NCBI GenBank assembly: GCA_039208735.1 | Contig: JBCCQY010000155.1 | Location: forward strand, 1-22,579 | Source of the DNA: Myxococcota bacterium | GTDB taxonomy: Bacteria > Myxococcota_A > UBA796 > GCA-2862545 | Direction: 5' to 3' | DNA: 22,579 bases | Shown: positions 1-8,661 of the stretch, piece by piece | Position numbering within the stretch: the stretch's first letter is position 1 | Layout: each line of letters starts with the position of its first letter | Translations under genes and position numbers: made by a program | Notes under the pieces: generated by a model | Databases searched by the model: none | What the model was told of the DNA's origin: nothing | Seen by the model: only the letters and a program-made list of their open reading frames with translations

Positions 1-2725
1 CACGGGCCATCGCGTCCGCCACCAGGTTGACGATGACCTGTGACTTTCCGGTTCCCGGAGGCCCGTCCACGACGAGCAAACGTTGGGTTCGGGCCAGTTG
101 CAGCACGCGGCGCTGGGAAGGGTCCGACGCTAGCACGGGAATGATGGGCAACGTGGCCGCGGCTTCGACCTCTTCCTCGATGCACAGTTCCTCACGCACC
201 TCGACGGGAAGCAAAGGGCCTGCTGCGCCGAGCGTGTCAGCCAAGGGCACGCGTCCATCCGCCACCGAAGACAACAAGTCGTCGTAGTCGGCGATCATGT
301 CGGACGTGGACTGCGGGAAGAACCCGAGCACCGCGCACGGTTCCAACACGAGGCGGCCTGGGTCTTCGGCCTGGTCGCCTTCTTCAACGCTTTGGAACGA
401 CGTCAGCTCATCGGCGGGGGCCCGGGCCCGGAGCCCTTCGTCGGCCAGGGCCTGGCGCACCGCATCGGCACCATCGGCCGCGGCGCGGTCGAGCGTTTCG
501 GCGAGGTCCTCGTGAAACGACAGCCCCTTCTTCTGAAAGACGAGGCGGACCAACGCCAAGTTCACGATGGGCACTTCGGCCGTTCGGGGCACCAGCTGAA
601 AGCCGCGGGCCTCGCTGCGCTCGAGTTCGTAGGGATGGAGCACCAACGGCCCGCGCACGAAGTAGCCGTCCACCGTCCCGGTGAGGAAGGGGTAGCCTAC
701 GTACAGGTCACGGGAGCCGGTCTGTTCCGTTCGGGCGGTGGCCTCTCGCGAAAGTGCGATGAGCTGCTGGCTCACGACTGCCGCACCGGTGTGCACTCCG
801 GCTTCGCGGCCGTCGACGAGTCGAGCCGTCTCGTGGTTCGTCACGAGGGTCAGGGTGCGTTCGCCGTGGCCGACCGACAGCGATTCGAGGGCGTGCAGGT
901 CGAAGGTTCGGCCGTTGCGGACGGTGCGCAACCGGATCGAAGGAGACCGTCCATCACCCGAGACGAGCGATTCGCGAAGCCGTGCTACGCCCTTCGACAG
1001 TCGCATACGAGCGTCGCCGAGTTCTGGGTCGGGCATGCGAACCCGCTGCGTACGGGCCTTCTCGTACGCTTCTTGGCGGGCTTCGTCGTTGAGGGTGAAC
1101 GCCAGCGGCTGGTCGAGCGAGACCTCATCGAGGTCGATGTCGGTGACGAGGCCCACGCGGTCGAGCAACCGATGGACGGTGTCGAGGCTGTGCTGACTGC
1201 CCTCCCGGTCGCCGAGAAGCCGCAGCATCCGGCGCAACGACGCCTCCCCGCCTCCCCGGCGCTGAATGCCCCGGAGGAACACCTCAAGGGCCGTCTCGGC
1301 CTCCGCCATGCGCGCAGGCATGGGGATGGTCCGCGTGATCTTGGACAAGTCCCGAGGCTCATCGCCGAGGACCGCAAGCACCGGTGCCAGCAAGGTGCGG
1401 TAGAGTTCGCCACAGCCCAGCGCATCCCCGATCGCGCAGATCATCTCGACTTCACGGGCTTCGACCTCGGTATCGGCGGCGAGCACGTGCACGAGAACCT
1501 GGAACATGGCGCGTTGGGCGGCAATGCCGCCGGCACGCACGACGGAGCCCGTGTCGGCGAAGGACTCGAGGGCTTGGTCCCACACGAGGTAACGCTGCCA
1601 ATCGCCCACAAGCGTGCCAAACACGGTCTCGATGGCGTGGGACTCCTCTTCCGAAAGCTCGCCGTCGGCCAGGGCGACAAGGGCCGCTCCGGCGAGTGCA
1701 CACTCGTGGATCTCGGTCATGGGCTCGGGAACGAGCGCCGAGTCCACCAAACCAGCGACTCCCACCACCCCAATGGCCCGCGCAATCTGCTCGTCGACAT
1801 CCGACAATGGGCGGGTGCCCGGACCTTGTCCGGTCATCGCCTGGTAGGTCTCGGTCTCCGAGAACAGCCACAACGCCCAGGCTCGCAGACCGTGCTCGGC
1901 GTGCCCCGTGGTGCCCTCGACGAGCGCGTGGTCCATCAGCGCCTTGCACTGCTCGAGGTAGGCGGTGGTGTCCCAGGTAAGCGAACTCGTGGCGAGGCCC
2001 GTCGTGGCGGCCATCTCGAGTCGCAGCGCGGCGGGGAGGTCGCGACACGCGAGTAGCCCAAACCGATCTGCGGTGATCTCTCGGGCCAACGTCAGCGTTG
2101 AGGCGGCCCGCAAGGCGTGATCCGGCGCGTCGGGAAGGTCGAGGGCGGCCTTGGCGACGAGCCCCAACGTGGCATCGGGGAAGTTTGGTCCATGGGCCAG
2201 GTAGTGACCCACTTCATGACCCAATGCGGCGACGGTGCTCGGGGCGTCGAGCAACGTCAGGAGCCGGCCCCGAACCTCGAGCAGGGCGGGGCTTTCGATC
2301 AGGTGAATCGCGGGGTTCTCCGCCCCAGACGCTTGGTGGATTTCGAGGTCGACGTCGACCCCTAGGCGTTCCGCGGCGAGTCGCGCGGCTTTCCACACGT
2401 CCGCCGCCATGCCCTCTGTGAGGCGCACCGCGCTCGCTTGGAGGCGTCGGCGAATGCGAGCGGGATCGGTACGGCCACGCGCCTGGGCGGCCACGATGAG
2501 GTCCTGAAGCCACGGATTCGCCCGGAGCTGACTTGCCGCCGTTGCCTCGCCGCTGAACCGGATGCGGTCGGCTTCGATGGGATCCAGAACCACCGCTTCC
2601 CCGGGTTCGGAGTCGCTTGCGGCGGGCATCTGGACCGTCGTGTCTTCGCTGATGTCGGCGTCGACAGGCTTTTCCGATGCGTCGGAAGCGGCGTTCGGTT
2701 CGGAGCCGTCGTTGTGGGGCTTCAC
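1..2725 (-). CDS. Multidomain protein, 3'-truncated by the window edge (>908 aa): M48-like Zn-metallopeptidase + TerB-like + DUF4011-like + UPF1/DNA2-like SF1 helicase (AAA_11)
   Basis: Not in the ORF track because there is no stop codon in the window. Manual translation from GTG 2725 (GGGAGAG SD ~6 nt upstream) stays open to base 2. Motifs: ALGHEVGHY (HExxH, 2204-2218); REITADRFG (third Zn ligand, 2066-2080); ALADGELSEEE and AADTEVEAREVEMI (TerB-like pair, ~1670-1440); RTEQTGSRDLYVGYPFL...RGPLVLHP...VNLAL (DUF4011-like, ~740-550); SDPSQ...LVVDGPPGTGKSQVIVNLVADA (Q motif and Walker A, 41-64). Confidence 0.9.
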   Translation of the reverse strand, partial: MKPHNDGSEPNAASDASEKPVDADISEDTTVQMPAASDSEPGEAVVLDPIEADRIRFSGEATAASQLRANPWLQDLIVAAQARGRTDPARIRRRLQASAVRLTEGMAADVWKAARLAAERLGVDVDLEIHQASGAENPAIHLIESPALLEVRGRLLTLLDAPSTVAALGHEVGHYLAHGPNFPDATLGLVAKAALDLPDAPDHALRAASTLTLAREITADRFGLLACRDLPAALRLEMAATTGLATSSLTWDTTAYLEQCKALMDHALVEGTTGHAEHGLRAWALWLFSETETYQAMTGQGPGTRPLSDVDEQIARAIGVVGVAGLVDSALVPEPMTEIHECALAGAALVALADGELSEEESHAIETVFGTLVGDWQRYLVWDQALESFADTGSVVRAGGIAAQRAMFQVLVHVLAADTEVEAREVEMICAIGDALGCGELYRTLLAPVLAVLGDEPRDLSKITRTIPMPARMAEAETALEVFLRGIQRRGGGEASLRRMLRLLGDREGSQHSLDTVHRLLDRVGLVTDIDLDEVSLDQPLAFTLNDEARQEAYEKARTQRVRMPDPELGDARMRLSKGVARLRESLVSGDGRSPSIRLRTVRNGRTFDLHALESLSVGHGERTLTLVTNHETARLVDGREAGVHTGAAVVSQQLIALSREATARTEQTGSRDLYVGYPFLTGTVDGYFVRGPLVLHPYELERSEARGFQLVPRTAEVPIVNLALVRLVFQKKGLSFHEDLAETLDRAAADGADAVRQALADEGLRARAPADELTSFQSVEEGDQAEDPGRLVLEPCAVLGFFPQSTSDMIADYDDLLSSVADGRVPLADTLGAAGPLLPVEVREELCIEEEVEAAATLPIIPVLASDPSQRRVLQLARTQRLLVVDGPPGTGKSQVIVNLVADAMAR

Positions 2726-2776
2726 GTAGCGCTCTCCCGGTCTAGGCCGTGCCGCGGTCGTAACCTGTCGGGAGAC

Positions 2777-3472
2777 TCAGGCCTGCGAGACCGCCTTCAC
2801 AACGTCACGCTCGATGTCCGCCGCATGTTGGGGGAGCAACGCGAAGACGGTGACCGCGAACCGGTCGGCCGCCACCGACTTCACTTCGGGTGGTTTCGAA
2901 GGGGTCGACCAGTGATGCATGAGCGCCACGCGTTGTAAACGCTGCGGCGTCCAATCGGTGGACGGCACGTCAACCTCGAAGGTGTAGCGATGGGCGCCGT
3001 CGACCCGGGGCGTGCGGACGATGGTGCGCGCCGCGAGCCGACTGTAGGGGATGATGGCGTCGGAGCCGTCCTGGGTTTCGATGGTGAGTACACGAGGGCC
3101 CAACCGGCTCACCCGGCCTTGCCAGGGTTCGACGGTAATGGTGTCGCCCACCTTCACGTGCCCGCCGGCCCGAAGAAACGCGCCATGCCAGAGGTCCATC
3201 CAGGTGTAGCGGGCAAGCCAAAGGCCAAAGAACAGAATGAGGAGCACGGCCAGGGCCCGGTAGGCGGGCTCGCTGAAGAGCCCCTGCACGCCCAAGACCA
3301 AAAAGCCGAGGATGGAGATGAGCTGAAGGATGGGAAACCACTGCTCGAGCGACCGACGGCGCGCCTGGGTCATCGGCGCAAGACGCACCAGCGCCCAGGC
3401 TCCAAGCAACACCGTGATCAACGCAAGCGCCAGCCCAAACAGCTGCACCAATGTCCAAATCAGGGCATTCAT
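2777..3472 (-). CDS. Small MscS-family (mechanosensitive channel domain) membrane protein
   Basis: Three hydrophobic helices followed by the MscS beta-domain pattern VKVGDTITV...GRVSRLGPR...IETQDG...IIPYS. The ATG overlaps the stop of the upstream gene (ATGA, 3469-3472). Confidence 0.8.
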   Translation of the reverse strand: MNALIWTLVQLFGLALALITVLLGAWALVRLAPMTQARRRSLEQWFPILQLISILGFLVLGVQGLFSEPAYRALAVLLILFFGLWLARYTWMDLWHGAFLRAGGHVKVGDTITVEPWQGRVSRLGPRVLTIETQDGSDAIIPYSRLAARTIVRTPRVDGAHRYTFEVDVPSTDWTPQRLQRVALMHHWSTPSKPPEVKSVAADRFAVTVFALLPQHAADIERDVVKAVSQA

Positions 3473-6400
3473 GACACCAGCCCCCGACGAAGCATGCTTC
3501 GCAGCACCAAGTGTTGGGTGCGGGGTTGCAAACGCACGACGTTGCGCTTTTCGAGCTGGACGAGGCCCGCTCGACGTAGCGAGGCGAGTTGGCGCTGAAG
3601 TTCGGCCTTCGGCCGAGCCGAAATGCGCTCGAGCCGCTCAAACGTCATGCCCTTGTGGAGCATCATCTGGAGCAACAGGGCGACAAGCTCCATGTCGAGG
3701 GCGTCCATGGCGGCATCGTCGAGGTTGTGGGGGGAGACGATCGAGAGCTGTTCGGCATCGACATGCTCGATGTGGGCAAGCCAGCTTTGCAGGGCGGCCC
3801 CGATGTTCCCGTCGGTATGGTCGAAGTGACGGGTAAAGAGCTGGGCGACCGCGAAGTCGGACAATTCGTCGTCACGGCGACCATCGAGCGAGTAGCGCAA
3901 TCCCGTTGAGTTGTGGCGCAGCAACACGATCTCTTTCAGGGTCCGGGCATCGACCGGACCGCATTCGATGGTGTCGAGCGCGCCGGTGCCGAAGGGCGAG
4001 AACTGCTGGATGAAGCGCAAGGTCGGACTAGCCATTTCGATGATGAACAGCACCCGGTCGCCAAAGCGTTCCACGAGGTCCGCGATGCGGTTCAGCACAC
4101 CCATGCCATCGCGCGACCGTTCCCACCACAGCTGGGCGTCCGTCAACACGACGACACTGCGCTCCTCGAGCCCATCGATGAGGTCCTCGATGCTCCCGCG
4201 GCGCTTGAGGTCGACCTGCAAGGCCCGTCGAAACACCGCCGGGTCACACGAGCCGCCAGCCGGTGGTGTCACACGCACGATTGGTCGGCCCACGAGGAGC
4301 CGCTCGATGGCCACCTCGCAGAGCGCGGTTTTGCCCGCCCCCGGGTCGCCGGTGATGAAGATCGCGCCGTGAAATCCGCGCTGGTAGCGAACGATGGCCT
4401 GCTCAAGCCGGTCGATCTCATGCTCACGGTCGACCCAGAAGGCCGAGTGCAAGGCCGACTGGGTCGAGAACAGTTGGGTGTAGAAGCTTGGTAGGGCCTC
4501 AATGACGGCCGGATCGGGTGAGAACGCCTCGGCGAGCGCCAGCACCCCATCTGCGGCCGGCGGCTTCGTCGCGGCCTGGACGCGTCGGGCGAGCAAGACG
4601 GTGGCCGAGCGACGGTACGCGAGCGACACCAGGGCTTCACGCACCCACCGGGCAAATTCCTGGGGCCATGCCCCCATCGTCCCAAGCGTACTCGTGCGAC
4701 GTTCGCCCTTGGCGAGCGCCTCGACCGTGCCGAGCAGGGCAAACCCGTTGGTGAGGTCCAACACCTGCTCCAGGCGATCTTCGACTTGCTCGGCCATCGT
4801 TCGGTCAAACTGCCGGAGGCGGCCCAAATCGGCGTTCAGGCGTTCGATGCCGGCCTTGAGAACGGGTTCGAGGGCTTCTTCAAGGGATTCGCCGTCGGCG
4901 TGCTCGGTCTCGGTGAGGGTGAACCGAACGAGCCGCACCACGTCCTCGGCGTTGGTGGATGCGCGGATCATCTCCCGAGGCACATCGGCGAGCAGGTCGC
5001 GCAACGGGGCCACCAATTCGCCATCCACGAGGAACTGGAACCGACGGCGCAGGCCGATCTCGACGACCTCGATCTCGGAGAAGGGGTCGCTCTGGAGCGC
5101 CGACAAGGCATCGTCGGTGATGACATCCATCGTGGGGGGCACCGAGGCGGAGGCGGCCTGCAACTCCTCCCGAAGCTCCTCGATGGTGCGACGTTCCACC
5201 CCGGTTTCGTCCGCGAACTCGAACCCCGAAAGGGCGCTGTCGTTCGTCGGCGACTCCTTCTGAAAGTCCTCGAGCACCGCCACGAGCGAGCGGTTCCGAT
5301 GGGAGATGCGGGCGTCGATGGTGTCCCGCACGGCGTGCTGGGCTCGCCGCACCGATGCCACCACTCGGGTCTGCACCTCGGCGACCACGGGAACGAGCCG
5401 GGCGCGCATCAAGGTGAGGCGTTGATGCCACGTCCACACCGCAGGGAGTTCATCGAACGCCTCGAAGCCGGCAAACCCACCGCGGGGAAGCCGTCGCTCA
5501 AGGCGCGCATGCCGTCGGAGTTCGAGGGTGCCGAGGTCGCTCGCAAGCGTCTGTTGGATGGCGCGAGCGTCCGATAGCCAACGTTGAGCCAGGCGTTCGC
5601 TCGCAAGTTGGTTGGCTCGCGCGAAGTTGTCGATCTGGCGGGTCACCCGTTCGGTTTCGACCTCGACGAGTTCGGCGGTGATGGCGCGGTCCAACGCCCG
5701 GCCTGTCAACACCGCGAGGCTGTCGCGGAGGGTGTTGAAAAGCCGTCCCAACTCGGTCGAGAACTGCAGCGACCGACTGGCTGCGTCACGCAGGGCATGA
5801 TCGAGCCATTCGCGCGTGCGATGATCGACGTGAAACCGCATGAGCCGACGGGTTCGGAACGTGGTGCGGACCACCTTGCGCTGCAAGACCAGCGCAATGA
5901 GGCGGCGCCGAGCCTTGTAGCGGCGCCGATGAGGAGGATCGGCAGGATCCGCGGCGTAGTCCGACAACGGCCGCCGAGCCACGATGCGTCGGGGGACGGC
6001 GCGGCGGAGGGGTTCGATGCCCTCCACAAACAACTCGAGGGCACGTTCGAGCGTCGCCTGCCGCTGCGGAAGCTGGGTGGTGACGAAGCTGTCGAGCTGT
6101 TGGGCCAAGTCCTCGTACAGCGCACAAGGGCCGTCCTCGAACTGGGAGGTCCGGACTTCAGGCTGCTCGACGGCCTGTCCGAGCCGCGCGTAGAGATCGG
6201 CGATGGACTCCCGCACGCCTTCGAGCAGCGCCATCTGGGACTCGAAGACCGGACGCAGCGCGGCCTCGACGAAGCGCTGTACCAGCTGCTGGTGGGCCAC
6301 CGAAAAGCGCGCCGCGGGTTGGGCCAGCGCCGGCACGGAAGGCAGGATCAAGGCCGGAAGCCGGTTGGGACCGGGCACGGGCGTTGGCGACTTGGGCGAC

Positions 6401-8595
6401 CGCCGGGTTGCGTTCGAGGCGGCGGTGAATGCCGATGAACCTCGCACAAACAGCGCCACCCCGATCTGTCGCACCATCGTCTCGAGTTCGTCGACGCGAC
6501 GAGGGGTGATGTCGTTGTCGGAAAGCCCGATCACCGTGAGGTCGGCCTTTGCCGAGTACTGAACGACCCATTCGGCGTGCGGGCGTCGTTGCACAGAGTT
6601 GTCGATGACCTTGACCTGGGCGTCGATGCGGGAGTCGACCAGAGCCTGGGTGGTCGTGCGGTGGAGGGCGTCCGAGACGCCGGGTTCGTCGTGAATAGCG
6701 AGGAAGCGCAGCTTGGCGCGGCGCCACTCATCGGAGGACGAAATGAACCGGATGAGGGCAAGGTGGAGCGGCAAGAACCCCGTTTCGTAGCGGAACCAAA
6801 GGTCGATCTGTTCGTGTTTGCCAAAGCCGCGTTCCGCATCGAACGCCAGGGCAAGCAGATTCAAATCGAGTTCACGTAGGGTTCCGAGGAACGACGAAAA
6901 AGCGTCGGGACGACGGGCGTGATCATGCCAATCGATCATGACGGTATTGGGTTCGAGCCCGGAAAACCCATGGAATCGACACACCGCCGACATCGTGTCG
7001 TAGGGGTCGCCGTTGAGGTCCACCACGCGATGGAAGAACCCTTCATGGTCATGGTCTTCGTGCGTGTGAGGTACGCTTGGGGGCACGGTCTGGTTGCGAG
7101 CGAGAAGGAACTCGGTGGCCACGCCACGATGGCGGATGAGGGAGTTGCCGAATTCGAGCAGCGGTTCGCGGCTGTCGGCGTCGTGCTTCGTGAACAGCAA
7201 CAGGTTGGGACGCCAGTTGCGCTGGTGCTCGTGCTCCCGCGTGAGCTGCTGGAGGCCCACCCGTACCACGGACGACCAAACGCCAAGGAGCGCATCCCCG
7301 GTTTCAAGCTGCAGCTCGCGTCGCTTCAAGACGAAGAACAGCCCGGTCATAAGGGCGGCCGCAAGCAGCATTGCACCGAGGTCCAGCCAGATCATCAGCA
7401 CGGCACAAATGGCCGCGCCAAGGATGGGGATGGCCACGGGAATCTTGAACTCGGGACGGAAATCGGGGCTTGCGATCATCTCGAAGCCCGCGGACAGGTT
7501 GAGGAAGCCGTAGGTCGCGATGAAGAAGACACTCACGATTTGAGCGATCACATCGAGTTCACCGATCAGGATGCCCGCAAGCGCGATGACGAACGCGAGG
7601 ACCAGCGCATAGCGAGGCTCGTTGGTGCGACCATGGCCGATGGCGAAGAGGTGCGGCGTGATCTTGTCGAGCGACAAGGCCTGAAGAATGCGGGGTGCGC
7701 CCAAGATGCTGCCGAGCGCCGATGAAAGGGTGGCCCCCCAAATGCCGGCGCGAACGGCCTCGCTGTTGAAGGCAAACGCTTCGAAGGCCGAAGCCTCGTC
7801 GGCCAAAAGCTCGGGAGGGATTCGGTAGGCGCAGAAGAACGCGAGTCCCACATACACCGCCATGCCCACCGCAATCGCGGCGAGGGTGCCGATGGGGATG
7901 GACCGTCGTGGATCCTTGAGGTCGCCCGAAAGGTTCACGCCAGCTGTGAACCCGGTCACGGCAGGGAAGAAAATCCCGAAGAGTTCGGATGCTGCGCGGC
8001 CATCGGGCGCCGCAAAGAGCCGGGGCTCGAATGTTGGTGCAGCTTCTGCCGTTCCGCCGAACACAATGGAAAGAAGTGAGATTCCGATTGCGGCCAAGAT
8101 CAAGTATTGAACGCGGATCGCAAACGATGTGCTGATGAAGGTGATGATCGTCAACAAAACGAGAACGATGGTGCCGCAAAGTCGCAGTGCGTTCAGGTCG
8201 ACCCCGGCCGGGGCATCGCCCACCGCAGGCAGCATTCCAATGTCGAGCGTACGAAGAAAGCTTTCCGAAAACCCGATGATGTAGAGACTGATCGAGAACG
8301 ACAGCCCTACAAACAACGCCAAACCGAGGGTTCCGCCCATGGCGAGGCCCATCGATCGAGAGATGATGTAGTAAGCACCTCCGGCTTCGACTCGTTTGTC
8401 GGTGGCGATGGACGAAACCGAAAGGCCTGTCGTAATCGAGATGAGGTGCGCGGCGAGGATGATGCCAATCGCCACGATCAGTCCGCCATCATGCACGACC
8501 AACGGCAAGCGAAGGTACATGATGACGCCAAGGATCGTCAGGATCGAGGGAGTGAACACTCCGCCGAAGGTGCCGAACTTATTTCCGGAGGCCAG
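3469..8595 (-). CDS. Cation-chloride cotransporter (SLC12/APC superfamily) fused to a long helical region, a P-loop NTPase and a C-terminal winged helix (~1708 aa)
   Basis: CCC motifs: KFGTFGGVFTP, ILGVIMYLR, GGAYYIISRSMG, FFPAVTGFTAG, SGDLKDP, GAPRILQAL, RNWRPN, GFSGLEPNTV. Walker A GDPGAGKT at 4327-4350, degenerate Walker B VVVLTDAQ at ~4132-4155. HTH-like tail GMTFERL...LASLRRAGLV. Start moved from the track's GTG 8559 to CTG 8595 (see findings). Confidence 0.88.
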   Translation of the reverse strand: MASGNKFGTFGGVFTPSILTILGVIMYLRLPLVVHDGGLIVAIGIILAAHLISITTGLSVSSIATDKRVEAGGAYYIISRSMGLAMGGTLGLALFVGLSFSISLYIIGFSESFLRTLDIGMLPAVGDAPAGVDLNALRLCGTIVLVLLTIITFISTSFAIRVQYLILAAIGISLLSIVFGGTAEAAPTFEPRLFAAPDGRAASELFGIFFPAVTGFTAGVNLSGDLKDPRRSIPIGTLAAIAVGMAVYVGLAFFCAYRIPPELLADEASAFEAFAFNSEAVRAGIWGATLSSALGSILGAPRILQALSLDKITPHLFAIGHGRTNEPRYALVLAFVIALAGILIGELDVIAQIVSVFFIATYGFLNLSAGFEMIASPDFRPEFKIPVAIPILGAAICAVLMIWLDLGAMLLAAALMTGLFFVLKRRELQLETGDALLGVWSSVVRVGLQQLTREHEHQRNWRPNLLLFTKHDADSREPLLEFGNSLIRHRGVATEFLLARNQTVPPSVPHTHEDHDHEGFFHRVVDLNGDPYDTMSAVCRFHGFSGLEPNTVMIDWHDHARRPDAFSSFLGTLRELDLNLLALAFDAERGFGKHEQIDLWFRYETGFLPLHLALIRFISSSDEWRRAKLRFLAIHDEPGVSDALHRTTTQALVDSRIDAQVKVIDNSVQRRPHAEWVVQYSAKADLTVIGLSDNDITPRRVDELETMVRQIGVALFVRGSSAFTAASNATRRSPKSPTPVPGPNRLPALILPSVPALAQPAARFSVAHQQLVQRFVEAALRPVFESQMALLEGVRESIADLYARLGQAVEQPEVRTSQFEDGPCALYEDLAQQLDSFVTTQLPQRQATLERALELFVEGIEPLRRAVPRRIVARRPLSDYAADPADPPHRRRYKARRRLIALVLQRKVVRTTFRTRRLMRFHVDHRTREWLDHALRDAASRSLQFSTELGRLFNTLRDSLAVLTGRALDRAITAELVEVETERVTRQIDNFARANQLASERLAQRWLSDARAIQQTLASDLGTLELRRHARLERRLPRGGFAGFEAFDELPAVWTWHQRLTLMRARLVPVVAEVQTRVVASVRRAQHAVRDTIDARISHRNRSLVAVLEDFQKESPTNDSALSGFEFADETGVERRTIEELREELQAASASVPPTMDVITDDALSALQSDPFSEIEVVEIGLRRRFQFLVDGELVAPLRDLLADVPREMIRASTNAEDVVRLVRFTLTETEHADGESLEEALEPVLKAGIERLNADLGRLRQFDRTMAEQVEDRLEQVLDLTNGFALLGTVEALAKGERRTSTLGTMGAWPQEFARWVREALVSLAYRRSATVLLARRVQAATKPPAADGVLALAEAFSPDPAVIEALPSFYTQLFSTQSALHSAFWVDREHEIDRLEQAIVRYQRGFHGAIFITGDPGAGKTALCEVAIERLLVGRPIVRVTPPAGGSCDPAVFRRALQVDLKRRGSIEDLIDGLEERSVVVLTDAQLWWERSRDGMGVLNRIADLVERFGDRVLFIIEMASPTLRFIQQFSPFGTGALDTIECGPVDARTLKEIVLLRHNSTGLRYSLDGRRDDELSDFAVAQLFTRHFDHTDGNIGAALQSWLAHIEHVDAEQLSIVSPHNLDDAAMDALDMELVALLLQMMLHKGMTFERLERISARPKAELQRQLASLRRAGLVQLEKRNVVRLQPRTQHLVLRSMLRRGLVS

Positions 8596-8661
8596 GACGC
8601 CCTCCCCTCAAGCGAAAACCCCGCTCGAAGGCTACGCGAATATTCCGCATCGTAACCGTAT

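Noticed and set aside
392..2056. 554-aa plus-strand ORF, the longest track ORF in this region
   Set aside because: It is the codon-aligned antisense shadow of the motif-rich minus-strand protease-helicase gene and has no recognisable motifs. Such shadows are common in high-GC DNA.
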